Notes under the pieces: model-generated
Told to the model about the DNA's origin: nothing
The model's input: only the letters and a program-made list of their open reading frames with translations
Database searches by the model: none
Shown: piece by piece, positions 20,098-29,460 of the stretch
Numbering within the stretch: the stretch's first letter is position 1
Layout of the letters: each line of letters starts with the position of its first letter
Position numbers and translations under genes: made by a program
Source: Pseudomonadota bacterium
GTDB taxonomy: Bacteria > Pseudomonadota > Alphaproteobacteria > Sphingomonadales > SMXR01
Direction: 5' to 3'
Assembly (NCBI GenBank): GCA_022566215.1
Contig: JADFJJ010000004.1
Location: 283-64,282, forward strand
Length of the DNA stretch: 64,000 nt

Positions 20098-20140
20098 TCA
20101 AACAGACAGCCCGCCCGATAGCTGGCTGCCTGTGATAAAA
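20098..20140 (-). terminator. candidate rho-independent terminator downstream of acpP
   Basis: On the minus strand, CAGGCAGCC...GGCUGUCUG forms a 9-bp stem (one G:U) followed by UUUGAUUUGG. Confidence 0.4.
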
Positions 20141-20156
20141 AAACAGAAACCGGCTA

Positions 20157-20390
20157 TTAAGAGGCCGATTTGATAAATTCGATGGCGTCTTTAACGGTCT
20201 GGATTTTTTCTGCCGCATCATCCGGGATTTCGATACCGAATTCCTCTTCAAACGCCATCACCAGCTCAACCGTATCCAGGCTGTCGGCCCCCAAATCGTC
20301 AATAAAACTGGCGCTTTCGGTGACTTTGTCTTCGTCGACACCGAGGTGTTCCACGACAATTTTCTTAACGCTAGCTGCAATATCAGTCAT
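20157..20390 (-). CDS. acpP: acyl carrier protein
   Basis: 77 aa with [13 protein letters not shown] (phosphopantetheine Ser). Confidence 0.97.
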   Translation of the reverse strand: MTDIAASVKKIVVEHLGVDEDKVTESASFIDDLGADSLDTVELVMAFEEEFGIEIPDDAAEKIQTVKDAIEFIKSAS

Positions 20391-20547
20391 CTGTTAATCC
20401 TCGTCCTTGTTTCTGTTTTAAATCCCGCCCCTCAGGCAATTCGAATTTCGCCGCTTTCCTAGCATACAACGTGTTTGTTTGCCAAGCAGTCGAATGGTTT
20501 TTTTTAGCGCCCCCGGGCATTGACCTCAAAAGGTCTTATAACACCGC

Positions 20548-20618
20548 TTAGGGTCTGAACTCAATTACCAATGTTTTCCGCGGCACAGTCCTCATCGGCA
20601 ACCCGGTACAGACCCTAG
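20548..20618. repeat. compact 71-bp copy (B) of the TTAGGGTCTG...CAGACCCTAG palindromic element
   Basis: TTAGGGTCTGAACTCAATTACCAATG-ttttccgcgg-CACAGTCCTCATCGGCAACCCGGTACAGACCCTAG. The terminal 9-10 nt are perfect inverted repeats. The fabG stop codon (complement of CTA at 20615-20617) lies inside the right terminus. Confidence 0.75.
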
Positions 20619-21346
20619 ATCATAGCCATACCGCCGTTGATATGGAGCGTCTGGCCGGTGATATAGGAAGCCTCGTCCGATGCCAGATAAAGAACACCGG
20701 CGGCAATTTCATCAGGCGTTCCCATCCGCCCAAGCGGAATTTGGGCCACCAGTTTGGCCTTTTGGTCGTCGCTCAAGCCGTCGGTCATCGGGCTTTCGAT
20801 AAACCCGGGGGCGATGCAGTTTACCGTGATGCCGCGGCTCGCCACCTCCTGGGCCAGCGATTTGGAAAAGCCGATTAACCCGGCTTTCGAGGCGGCGTAG
20901 TTGGCCTGTCCCGGATTGCCGGTGACGCCAACAATGCTGGTGATCGAAATAATGCGCCCGAAACGCGCCTTCATCATTCCCCTCAAGCACGCTTTGGAGA
21001 GCCTGAAAGCAGCTTCCAGGTTAACTTTCAGGACATCTTGCCAGTCCTGCTCAGACATCCTGACAAGCAGGCTGTCACGGGTGATCCCGGCGTTGTTGAC
21101 CAGGATATCCAGCCCGCCTAACCTTTGTTGCGCCTCAGCCGCCAGACGGTCGACGTCTTCCATCGAAGAAAGATTTGCGGGGATGGCGATGGCGCCTATT
21201 TCTTCCGCCAGGCCCTTGAGCCGTTCAATCCGGGTGCCGGAAATGGCTACGCTCGCGCCGTTCTTTACCAGAGCCTTGGCGATCGCTTCCCCCAGAGCCC
21301 CGGTAGCGCCTGTTACAAGTGCTTTTTTGTCTTTTAAATCAAACAT
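20615..21346 (-). CDS. fabG: 3-oxoacyl-ACP reductase
   Basis: VTGATGALGEAIA and YAASKAG motifs. Position between fabD and acpP. Confidence 0.95.
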   Translation of the reverse strand: MFDLKDKKALVTGATGALGEAIAKALVKNGASVAISGTRIERLKGLAEEIGAIAIPANLSSMEDVDRLAAEAQQRLGGLDILVNNAGITRDSLLVRMSEQDWQDVLKVNLEAAFRLSKACLRGMMKARFGRIISITSIVGVTGNPGQANYAASKAGLIGFSKSLAQEVASRGITVNCIAPGFIESPMTDGLSDDQKAKLVAQIPLGRMGTPDEIAAGVLYLASDEASYITGQTLHINGGMAMI

Positions 21347-21365
21347 TTATAATAATTTCCTAAAC

Positions 21366-22304
21366 TTAGATATGGTTCTTTATAAAATAGTCCATGTCAT
21401 CTGGAGATTCGATATTGGTAATGCCCAGCGAGGGGTCGATGCGCCTTCCCAGGCCCGAGAGAACCTTGCCGGCGCCGCATTCCACCAGCTGGATAACCCC
21501 GATTTCTGAAAGCCTCAGGATCGATTCCCGCCAGCGCACAACCCCGGTGATCTGCTGGACCAGCAGGTGGCGGATTTCCTCGACATCGGTAACCGGGCAG
21601 GCGGTTACGTTGGAAATGACCGGCATGGCGGGCGCCCGCAGATCCACAACCGCCAGCGCTTTGCCCATTTCTTCCGCTGCCTGTTCCATCAGGGGACAAT
21701 GAAAGGGCGCGCTGACAGGCAGCAAAAGGCCCCGTCTTGCGCCCTTTTCCTTGGCGATCTCGATCGCCCTTATCACCGCTCCCTTATGACCGGAAACCAC
21801 CACCTGGCCCGGGGCGTTGTCGTTGGCGACGGTGCAAATCTGACCTTCGGCGGCTTCCTCGGCGACCTCCCTGGCGACCTCAAAATCAAGCCCCAGCAGC
21901 GCCGCCATCGCCCCCTCGCCGACCGGAACCGCGCGCTGCATCGCCTGGCCGCGTTTTTTCAGCAAGGTCGCGGCGTTGCTCAAGGTCAGGCTGCCGGCGG
22001 CGGTCAGGGCCGAATATTCGCCCAATGAATGTCCGGCAACATAATCCGCCAGGTCGGGCAGCATAAATCCCTTGGCTTCCAGGGTGCGGATAATTGCGAT
22101 GCTGACCGCCAGCAGCGCCGGCTGTGAATTTTCGGTCAGGATCAATTCTTCCGCCGGCCCCTCAAACATCAACTTTGAGAGATTTTGGCCAAGAACGCTG
22201 TCAACTTCCTCAAAAACCGCCCTTGCCGCGGGATAAGTCCCGGCCAGGCCCTGGCCCATTCCAACGTGTTGAGATCCCTGGCCCGGGAAAATAAATGCGC
22301 GCAT
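21366..22304 (-). CDS. fabD: malonyl-CoA:ACP transacylase
   Basis: FPGQGSQ and GHSLGEYSAL motifs. Confidence 0.95.
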   Translation of the reverse strand: MRAFIFPGQGSQHVGMGQGLAGTYPAARAVFEEVDSVLGQNLSKLMFEGPAEELILTENSQPALLAVSIAIIRTLEAKGFMLPDLADYVAGHSLGEYSALTAAGSLTLSNAATLLKKRGQAMQRAVPVGEGAMAALLGLDFEVAREVAEEAAEGQICTVANDNAPGQVVVSGHKGAVIRAIEIAKEKGARRGLLLPVSAPFHCPLMEQAAEEMGKALAVVDLRAPAMPVISNVTACPVTDVEEIRHLLVQQITGVVRWRESILRLSEIGVIQLVECGAGKVLSGLGRRIDPSLGITNIESPDDMDYFIKNHI

Positions 22305-22527
22305 AAAAATTAGCCCCTTAATTGGCGCCCCACACCGTGCGAGTTTGATATACTATGCCATAAAATCACAAACAGGAAGAGGCTTCCGCCGCGATAAATA
22401 AAAATATCCCAAAGGACGGATTTTGCTTGCGAAACGCGATCCCAGAGGGTATAGACCCCCCTGATTTTAAGCAAGCTGGAGGTTCCGCCGCTTGATATGC
22501 GGAAAGCGATCAGCACAGGAGAAAAAA

Positions 22528-23010
22528 ATGGCTTTTTATGAGCACGTTTTCATCGTGCGCCCGGATCTTACCGAAGCGCAGGTGAAGACCATGACCGGCG
22601 ATTTCGCAAAAATTCTGAAAAAAGGCGGCGGCAAGTTGGCCAAGGAAGAATACTGGGGCCTCAGAACCCTCGCCTACCAGATCAAGAAAAACAAAAAAGC
22701 ACACTATATCATGTTCAACATCGACGGCCCGCACCCTGCGATCGCCGAGATGGAGCGCCACCAGCGCCTTGACGACAATATTCTGCGCATTATGACCATC
22801 CGGGTGGATGAGCTGGAGGAAGGCCCGTCGGTAATGATGCGCGCCAAGCCGTCCGATGATTATGACGATCGCCGTCCGCGCCGTTTTGACCACAAACGGG
22901 ACGATAGAGGCGGTCACAAACGGGATGACCGGGAAGCCCACAAACGGGATGACCGGGCCGAGAACAAACCGGATGATAAAGAGTCCGGTAAAAAGGGAGA
23001 GGAAAAATGA
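22528..23010 (+). CDS. rpsF: 30S ribosomal protein S6 with a repeat-containing charged C-terminal tail
   Basis: [14 protein letters not shown]... Start at ATG 22528, preceded by AGGAGAAAAAA. The stop overlaps the rpsR start (ATGA). Confidence 0.93.
   Translation: MAFYEHVFIVRPDLTEAQVKTMTGDFAKILKKGGGKLAKEEYWGLRTLAYQIKKNKKAHYIMFNIDGPHPAIAEMERHQRLDDNILRIMTIRVDELEEGPSVMMRAKPSDDYDDRRPRRFDHKRDDRGGHKRDDREAHKRDDRAENKPDDKESGKKGEEK
22891..22986 (+). repeat. 4 tandem 24-bp repeats inside the rpsF 3' end
   Basis: CACAAACGGGAYGAYMGRG... units at 22891, 22915, 22939 and 22963 encode HKRDDRGG / HKRDDREA / HKRDDRAE / NKPDDKES. Confidence 0.85.
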
Positions 23011-23246
23011 ACACCGGTTTTAAGAAAAAACCCTTTTTCCGGCGGCGCAGAACCTGCCCCTTTTCCGGCCAGGACGCGCTCAAGATAGATTACAAGGACG
23101 TGCGGCTTCTTTCCCGCTTCATTTCCGAGCGCGGTAAAATCGTTCCGGCGCGAATCACGTCGGTTTCGGCCAAGAAGCAGCGTGAACTGGCCAAGGCCAT
23201 CAAACGCGCCCGCACCCTTGCGCTGCTGCCGTTCATTCAGAATTAA
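23007..23246 (+). CDS. rpsR: 30S ribosomal protein S18
   Basis: 79 aa: [12 protein letters not shown]...[25 protein letters not shown]. Confidence 0.95.
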   Translation: MNTGFKKKPFFRRRRTCPFSGQDALKIDYKDVRLLSRFISERGKIVPARITSVSAKKQRELAKAIKRARTLALLPFIQN

Positions 23247-23257
23247 GGGGACCTCTC

Positions 23258-23968
23258 ATGCAAATCATTCTTCTGGAACGGGTCGGCAAACTGGGCAAGA
23301 TCGGCGACGTTGTCACCGTCAAGGACGGCTACGCCCGGAATTTCCTGCTGCCCGCGAAAAAAGCTCTCCGCGCCACCGCCGCCAACAAAAAATATTTTGA
23401 AGAACAACGCCAGCAAATCGAGGAGCGCAACAAAAAACAGATCGTCGAGGCTGAAAAACTGGCCAAGACCGCCGTCAGCGTCAAGGTCGTGCTGCTGCGC
23501 CAGGCCGGTGAGTCGGGCCAGCTGTATGGTTCCGTCACCGCCCGGGATATCGCGGCGTCCTTAAGAAAAGAGGGCATCCAGGTGCGCCGCGGCAACATCG
23601 TCATGGAAATCCCGATCAAGGAGATCGGCATCTCCAGGGTCAAGGTCAGCCTCCACGCCGAGGTGATCATTGAGGTTGATGTCAATGTCGCCCGCTCCGC
23701 CGAGGAAGCGCAGGCGCAAGTTATCGCCGTTGAAAAACTGTTCGAGACCAAGGAACTGGCCGAAGCCGCCGAGGAAGCCCTCCACCAGCAAGAGCCGGAT
23801 GAACAAGAAGCTGGCGATGAAGTCACAGAGGAAACCAAAGAGAAAACCAAAGAAGAACCCTCTAAGGAGGCGATGGAGACCTCTACAGAAAAAAAATCTG
23901 CAAAAAAGCCCACCGGGGAAAAGAGCAAGGCTAAAGCTGAATCGAGCGCCAAAAAGAAAGACAAATAA
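23258..23968 (+). CDS. rplI: 50S ribosomal protein L9 with a long Lys/Glu-rich C-terminal extension
   Basis: MQIILLERVGKLGKIGDVVTVKDGYARNFLLP is the L9 N-domain. Total 236 aa. Confidence 0.93.
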   Translation: MQIILLERVGKLGKIGDVVTVKDGYARNFLLPAKKALRATAANKKYFEEQRQQIEERNKKQIVEAEKLAKTAVSVKVVLLRQAGESGQLYGSVTARDIAASLRKEGIQVRRGNIVMEIPIKEIGISRVKVSLHAEVIIEVDVNVARSAEEAQAQVIAVEKLFETKELAEAAEEALHQQEPDEQEAGDEVTEETKEKTKEEPSKEAMETSTEKKSAKKPTGEKSKAKAESSAKKKDK

Positions 23969-23991
23969 AGAAAATAACACAAGTTGTTCAA

Positions 23992-24019
23992 GCGGCCCTC
24001 TCCGGGGGCCGTTTTTTTT
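23992..24019 (+). terminator. rho-independent terminator after rplI
   Basis: GCGGCCC-TCTCC-GGGGGCCG stem-loop followed by T8. Confidence 0.7.
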
Positions 24020-24142
24020 AAAGTTATCCCCGCTCTTTTCCCCCTGTGAAAAAAACAGCGGGGTTAATATTATGATGAGCGCGACAGCCGCCCCTTGTTA
24101 TAGTTACAAACAATCCTGAATATATTTGGGGGAAATATCAAA

Positions 24143-25654
24143 ATGGCTGTCACACTGAAAACCGGCGAAAGCGACAAACAGAGCGCCAATGATGATCTGC
24201 AGTACAAGGCCCTGCCCCATAACCTGGAGGCCGAGCAAGCGCTTCTGGGCGCCCTTTTGATCAACAACACCGCGGCCGAGAAGGTCCAGGGTTTCCTGTT
24301 TCCAGAACACTTCTTCGAGCCGGTTCACGGGCGCATCTATGAAGCGATCGTAAAGCTGGTGGAGCGCGGCCAGACCGCCGATCCGATCAAGCTTAAACCC
24401 TATTTTGAAGACGATCCGGCGCTCGAGGACGTCGGCGGCACCTCTTATATTGTCCGTCTGGCGGGCTCGGCGCCAACCATATTCAACCCGGAAGATTACG
24501 CCCGCACCATCTATGATCTGGCGCTGCGCCGCGACCTGATCGAGATTTCCGAAAAAATGATGACCACCGCCTATGACAGTCCGATCGATTCGTCCGCTTC
24601 CGAGCAAATCGAGGAAGCTGAAAAAGATCTCTTCAACCTGGCCGAACTGGGCGCCGCCCAAGGTGGTTTTTTGCGCTTCAGCGGGGCCCTGAACGAAGCG
24701 CTGGAAAATATCCGTTCGGCCAAGAGCGACCCCGATGCGCTCTCCGGGGTAACCACCGGGCTTCACAGCCTGAATGAAAAAATCGGCGGGCTGCACAAAT
24801 CCGACCTGGTGATCCTGGCCGGGCGCCCGGCGATGGGCAAAACCGCATTGGCCACCAATATCGCGTTCGCCGCCGCCAAGCGCTACCTGGAGGACAAGAA
24901 GGCCGGCAAGGACCCGGACAAATCCAAGGGCGCGGTGGTCGGGTTTTTCTCGCTCGAAATGTCCACCGACCAACTGGCCACCCGGATCCTCGCCGAACGC
25001 TCGGGGATCGCTTCCGACAAACTCCGGCGCGGCAAGATCAAGGAAAGCCAGTTCCGGGAAATCGTCCGGGCGGTCCATGAGCTGGAAGAGGTGCCGCTGT
25101 TTATCGACGACACCCCGGGCCTGACGATTGCCGCCTTGCGGACCCGGGCGCGGCGCCTGAAAAGGCTTGAGAACCTGTCCCTGATCGTGGTCGATTACCT
25201 GCAGCTGCTGCGCGGCACCGGCAGGGGCACCTCGGGCGAAAGCAGGGTTATGGAAATTTCCGAGATCACCCGCGGGCTCAAGAACCTGGCCAAGGAGCTG
25301 AACGTGCCGGTGCTGGCGCTGTCACAGCTGTCCCGCCAGGTCGAGCACCGCGACAACAAACGCCCGCACCTGGCTGACCTCAGGGAATCCGGCACGATCG
25401 AGCAGGATGCCGATATTGTTTTGTTTGTCTACCGCGAGGAATATTACAAGGAAAAGGAAAAGCCCGGCGACGAAAACTCCGAGGCCTTCATGAAATGGCA
25501 AGCCGATATGGAAAATCTCTATGGAAAAGCGGAAATAATTATCGGCAAACAACGGCACGGCCCGACCGGAACGGTGTCGTTACACTTCAATAGCGAATTG
25601 ACACGGTTTACAGATTCAAAAGACGAAGAATATCTGCCGGACAAGATTGGCTAA
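24143..25654 (+). CDS. dnaB: replicative DNA helicase
   Basis: LPHNLEAEQALLGALL N-domain and Walker A AGRPAMGKTALATN, plus later RecA-fold motifs. Confidence 0.96.
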   Translation: MAVTLKTGESDKQSANDDLQYKALPHNLEAEQALLGALLINNTAAEKVQGFLFPEHFFEPVHGRIYEAIVKLVERGQTADPIKLKPYFEDDPALEDVGGTSYIVRLAGSAPTIFNPEDYARTIYDLALRRDLIEISEKMMTTAYDSPIDSSASEQIEEAEKDLFNLAELGAAQGGFLRFSGALNEALENIRSAKSDPDALSGVTTGLHSLNEKIGGLHKSDLVILAGRPAMGKTALATNIAFAAAKRYLEDKKAGKDPDKSKGAVVGFFSLEMSTDQLATRILAERSGIASDKLRRGKIKESQFREIVRAVHELEEVPLFIDDTPGLTIAALRTRARRLKRLENLSLIVVDYLQLLRGTGRGTSGESRVMEISEITRGLKNLAKELNVPVLALSQLSRQVEHRDNKRPHLADLRESGTIEQDADIVLFVYREEYYKEKEKPGDENSEAFMKWQADMENLYGKAEIIIGKQRHGPTGTVSLHFNSELTRFTDSKDEEYLPDKIG

Positions 25655-25671
25655 AGGGACCGGTACGGATA

Positions 25672-26445
25672 ATGGAATTGCTCTCCCTCATCGGCAGGTA
25701 TTTTATCGCTGGCCTGGCGGAAATCGGCCGCCTGGTAATCTTTACCAAGGAAGTGGTGAGCCACCTCGTCCGGCCGCCCTTTTATTTCTCGATGGTCGGC
25801 CGCCAGATACTGACAATTGGCTATTTCTCCCTGCCCGTAGTGGGGCTGACCGCGATCTTCACCGGCGCCGCCCTGGCCCAGCAGATCTTTGTCGGCACCG
25901 GGCGTTTTAACGCCGAGGCGGCGGTCGCCGGGATCACCGTTATCTCGATTGTCCGCGAACTGGGCCCGGTGCTGGCCGGCCTGATGGTGGCGGGACGGGT
26001 GTCGTCCGCGATCGCCGCCGAAATTGGCACCATGCAGGTCTCGGAACAGATCGATGCGCTGGTAACGCTGTCCACCCACCCCCATAAATACCTGGTGGTC
26101 CCGAGATTGATCGCCGCTGTCCTTACCCTGCCCTTGCTGGTGATTGTCGCCAACATCATCGGCGTCTTCGGCGGGTTTTTGGTCGGCACCCAAAAGCTTG
26201 GCTTCAATGCCTCCAACTACCTGCAGGTGACGGTCGATTTCCTGGAAGCCTCGGACATTCATTCCTCGCTGGTCAAGGCCGCGGTGTTCGGCTTCATTAT
26301 CGCCCTGCTGGGCTGCTACCACGGTTTCAAGAGCCGGGGCGGCGCCGAGGGGGTCGGAGCGGCCACCACCAACGCCGTGGTCAGCGCCTTTATCCTGATC
26401 CTTTTGGCCAACCTGATTATCACCGTGAATGTGTTCGGCTCATGA
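25672..26445 (+). CDS. mlaE: MlaE-family ABC transporter permease
   Basis: 257 aa. VRELGPVLAGLMVAGRVSSAIAAEIGTMQVSEQIDAL is the family signature region. Confidence 0.87.
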   Translation: MELLSLIGRYFIAGLAEIGRLVIFTKEVVSHLVRPPFYFSMVGRQILTIGYFSLPVVGLTAIFTGAALAQQIFVGTGRFNAEAAVAGITVISIVRELGPVLAGLMVAGRVSSAIAAEIGTMQVSEQIDALVTLSTHPHKYLVVPRLIAAVLTLPLLVIVANIIGVFGGFLVGTQKLGFNASNYLQVTVDFLEASDIHSSLVKAAVFGFIIALLGCYHGFKSRGGAEGVGAATTNAVVSAFILILLANLIITVNVFGS

Positions 26446-27221
26446 AAACCAGGGTAAAAATATCAATCCGGAATTTGACCAAAAGCTTTGGCTCCAACCA
26501 GGTTCTCAAAGGGCTCGACCTCGATATCATGGAAGGCGAATCGGTGGTTGTGATCGGCGGCTCCGGCACCGGCAAGTCGGTGCTGGTCAAATGCATCCTG
26601 GGCCTGTTGGCGCCGGATAGCGGCGAGATCCTGATCGACGGCCGCGACATGACCACTGCCAGCCGCGCCGAACATGGCGAATTTATGAAAAAGGTCGGCA
26701 TGCTGTTCCAGGGGGGCGCGCTGTTTGATTCCCTCACGGTCTGGGAAAACGTCGCCTTCGGCCTGATCCGGGCGCACGGCATGAACAAGGATGAAGCCCA
26801 CGGGATTGCGATCAAAAAACTGGCCCGGGTCGGGCTCGGGGAAGACGTCAGCGGCCTGACCCCGGCGGAGCTGTCGGGCGGCATGAAAAAGCGCGTCGCG
26901 CTGGCCCGGGCGATCGCCGCCGAGCCCGAGATCATCTTCTTCGACGAGCCGACCACCGGCCTCGACCCGATCATGGCCGATGTCATCAACCGCCTGATCA
27001 CCGAATGCGTCAAGGAGCTCGGCGCCACCACCCTGACCATCACCCACGATATGTCGAGCGTCCGCAAGATCGCCGACCAGGCTGCCATGCTCCACGACGG
27101 CCGGATCATCTGGCATGGCAGCCGCCGCGCCATGGACACCACCAAAAACCCCTTCGTGCGCCAATTCACCACCGGCAGCGCCAAGGGGCCGATCAAAATG
27201 ATCACCCGAGGGCCGGAGTGA
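26442..27221 (+). CDS. mlaF: MlaF-family ABC transporter ATP-binding protein
   Basis: Walker A GGSGTGKS, signature LSGGMKKRVALARA and Walker B IIFFDEPTTGLD. 4-nt overlap with mlaE. Confidence 0.9.
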   Translation: MKTRVKISIRNLTKSFGSNQVLKGLDLDIMEGESVVVIGGSGTGKSVLVKCILGLLAPDSGEILIDGRDMTTASRAEHGEFMKKVGMLFQGGALFDSLTVWENVAFGLIRAHGMNKDEAHGIAIKKLARVGLGEDVSGLTPAELSGGMKKRVALARAIAAEPEIIFFDEPTTGLDPIMADVINRLITECVKELGATTLTITHDMSSVRKIADQAAMLHDGRIIWHGSRRAMDTTKNPFVRQFTTGSAKGPIKMITRGPE

Positions 27222-28585
27222 TGGCCAGCCTTAAGCAAACCTTCGTGTGCCAGTCGTGCGGGGCGGTCAGCAGCAAATGGCAGGGCAAATGCGATGCCTG
27301 CGGGCAATGGAATTCTTTTGTCGAGGAAGCCCCGCTGGAAGCCCCCGGCTTTGAGGGCGGCGCCAAAAAGGGCAAGGTGGTGACGTTCGCCAGTCTCGCC
27401 GCCAAGACTCAGCTGGACCCCCGCCTGATGACCGGGATCGGGGAATTCGACCGGGCGCTGGGCGGCGGAGCGGTGCCCGGCACGGCGATCCTGGTCGGCG
27501 GCGATCCCGGCATCGGCAAATCCACCCTGCTGCTGCAGGCGTTGGCCAACATGGCCAAAAGGGGCCTGAAGTGCGTTTACATTACGGGCGAAGAATCGGT
27601 CGACCAGATCAGGCTGCGGGCGGCGCGCCTTGGGCTCGGGGATGCCGACGTCAAGCTGGCCTCCGAGACCCGGGTGCGTGATATCCTGACCACTCTTTCC
27701 GGGGCTGAAAAATTTGATGTGGTGGTGATCGATTCGATCCAGACCATGTATTCGGACGCCGCCGGCGCCTCCCCCGGGTCGGTCACACAGGTCCGGCTGT
27801 CGTCCCAGAACCTGATCCACTTCGCCAAGAAATCCGGGACCGCGATCTTCCTGATCGGCCATGTCACCAAGGACGGCCAGATCGCCGGCCCCAAGACCAT
27901 GGAGCACATGGTCGACACGGTTTTGTATTTCGAAGGCGAGAAAACCCAACAGTACCGGATCCTGCGGGCGGTCAAGAACCGTTTCGGCGGGATCGATGAA
28001 ATCGGCGTGTTCGAAATGACCGGAAAGGGTCTGATGGAGGTTAAAAACCCCTCCTCGCTGTTTCTTTCCGAACACAAGGAAAACACTGAAGGGGTGGCGG
28101 TGTTCCCTTCTGTAGAGGGAACCCGTTCGCTGCTGGCGGAGATTGAGGCGCTGGTGGTCCCCTCGTCCGCCGCCAACCCGAGGCGCGCGGTGGTCGGCTG
28201 GGACGCCGGAAGGCTGGCGATGATCCTGGCGGTCCTGGATTCCCGGCTCGGCCTCGGTTTCGGGGCCTCGGACATTTACCTCAACATCGCCGGCGGCCTT
28301 CGGGTGGTGGAGCCGGCGGCGGACCTGCCGGCGGCGGCGGCGCTGATCTCGTCACTGACCAAACGCGCGCTGCCGGCCGATATGGTTATGATCGGGGAAA
28401 TTTCGCTGTCCGGGGAGATCCGCCCGGTCACGCACCTTAAAGCCAGATTGAAGGAAGCGGAAAAGCTCGGTTTCGCCCGCGCTCTGGTGCCCGCCGCTTC
28501 CAAACTGCCCAAAACCTCGCTTAACCTGATAAAAGCGGAAAAAGTGGCGGACTTACTGGATTTATTTGAAATGAAAAAAGGATAG
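27221..28585 (+). CDS. radA: DNA repair protein RadA
   Basis: Zinc ribbon CQSCGAVSSKWQGKCDACGQWNSF, Walker A GGDPGIGKSTLLLQ, KNRFG and a Lon-like C-domain. ATG 27221 overlaps the mlaF stop (TGATG). The last ~10 codons are AT-rich and contain the left island repeat. Confidence 0.95.
   Translation: MASLKQTFVCQSCGAVSSKWQGKCDACGQWNSFVEEAPLEAPGFEGGAKKGKVVTFASLAAKTQLDPRLMTGIGEFDRALGGGAVPGTAILVGGDPGIGKSTLLLQALANMAKRGLKCVYITGEESVDQIRLRAARLGLGDADVKLASETRVRDILTTLSGAEKFDVVVIDSIQTMYSDAAGASPGSVTQVRLSSQNLIHFAKKSGTAIFLIGHVTKDGQIAGPKTMEHMVDTVLYFEGEKTQQYRILRAVKNRFGGIDEIGVFEMTGKGLMEVKNPSSLFLSEHKENTEGVAVFPSVEGTRSLLAEIEALVVPSSAANPRRAVVGWDAGRLAMILAVLDSRLGLGFGASDIYLNIAGGLRVVEPAADLPAAAALISSLTKRALPADMVMIGEISLSGEIRPVTHLKARLKEAEKLGFARALVPAASKLPKTSLNLIKAEKVADLLDLFEMKKG
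28557..28569. repeat. left copy of the 13-bp direct repeat TGGATTTATTTGA (att-like)
   Basis: Exact match to 30325-30337. Lies in the final codons of radA (LDLFEMKKG*). Confidence 0.85.
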
Positions 28586-28589
28586 AGAA

Positions 28590-29393
28590 ATGGCAAAACA
28601 ACCTGAACTTCGTCAAGCCCAACTGTCCAAAGAAGAAATGGAAAGGGCAATAATAAAGATAGATCGTAGGATAGCTGAAATCAATGATTTCGATATAGAG
28701 TCCATTGCCGAAAGAAGTGATCCAAAAATTAAAGCCCTTGAGGTAAAACTTGATGCCCTTCTAATGTCAATTTTCGACGCTGATACGCATGAATATAATC
28801 GATATAGTCGCAGTGTAACCAGAATTGACAGAGCAGGCTATAGTACGCACGGCACCCCAATTGAAGAAGTGAGGGAAGGATTAAAAAATGGTCTCGGAGC
28901 TTCAAAAGCTCAACTGGAAGGAATAAAGTCTGGCTTCCTTGAGGATTTGGAGGATATGGGTTTTTCCTCAGGAGTTGCTCCTGAAACAAAGCAATCACTA
29001 TCCTCCACGCTGGAGGGTTTGCATCAAGAAATTCAAGAAAAATGTTTGCAAACTTTTGAGGCAGGGGCTTTCGCTGAGGCGGTTGAAAAAAGTTTCAAAA
29101 TTGTTCGAGACAAACTTAGAAACCTGACGGGCCACGAAACCGGCTCAGAGGCCTTTGGAAAGGGAAATCTACACATAAAGGGAGCTGCAGCCGCGAATGT
29201 CGAAGATGATTTTAACCAGGCTGTAAAATTTTTGACGATGTCCATTGATATGTTCAGAAATGAAAAAAGCCATACATCCGACGGCCAGATTGATGACCCC
29301 GTGCGAGCCCACCATTATTTAACATTGAGCAGCCTTGCCTTAAATTTACTTGAAGGGGCCGAAATTAGGCCCAAGCCTAAGATTGACAGGTGA
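28590..29393 (+). CDS. hypothetical protein: coiled-coil N-half plus TIGR02391/Hypoth_Ymh-like C-terminal domain
   Basis: 267 aa. The C-terminal ~120 aa (AFAEAVEKSFKIVRDKLRNLTG...FNQAVKFLTMSIDMFRNEKSHTSDG...AHHYLTLSSLALNLL) matches my recollection of the TIGR02391 pattern (helical, conserved RN-x3-H). AGGA lies upstream of the ATG, which is 4 nt after the radA stop. Confidence 0.6.
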   Translation: MAKQPELRQAQLSKEEMERAIIKIDRRIAEINDFDIESIAERSDPKIKALEVKLDALLMSIFDADTHEYNRYSRSVTRIDRAGYSTHGTPIEEVREGLKNGLGASKAQLEGIKSGFLEDLEDMGFSSGVAPETKQSLSSTLEGLHQEIQEKCLQTFEAGAFAEAVEKSFKIVRDKLRNLTGHETGSEAFGKGNLHIKGAAAANVEDDFNQAVKFLTMSIDMFRNEKSHTSDGQIDDPVRAHHYLTLSSLALNLLEGAEIRPKPKIDR

Positions 29394-29460
29394 TTTACCA
29401 AAACGATAGGCTCTTGCTTAAATTTACCAATTCGTCGAACCATCGGCCAGAGGGTTTAGT

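Noticed and set aside
22310-22527. Possible rpsF (S6:S18) autoregulatory leader and promoter (TTGCGA-N17-TATAGA; small hairpin CCGC-TTGATAT-GCGG)
   Set aside because: It is plausible from established knowledge of rpsF leaders. However, I cannot verify the conserved structure by eye. It needs a covariance-model scan, so it is not listed as a feature.
24104-25078. 324-aa ORF on the minus strand
   Set aside because: It is antisense to dnaB. Shadow ORF.
27005-27220. N-terminal extensions offered by the ORF track, for example radA from 27005, purF from 31026, lptD from 9977, pssA to 49996, purM from 5571, pepA to 9926, rpsF from 22492 and the SDR from 16371
   Set aside because: The extensions overlap upstream genes or add Arg/Pro-rich or non-homologous residues ahead of canonical family N-termini. 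Internal ATG starts with better context were chosen.
26420-28075. 551-aa ORF on the minus strand
   Set aside because: It is antisense to mlaF and radA, both with clear motifs. No recognisable domain. Shadow ORF.
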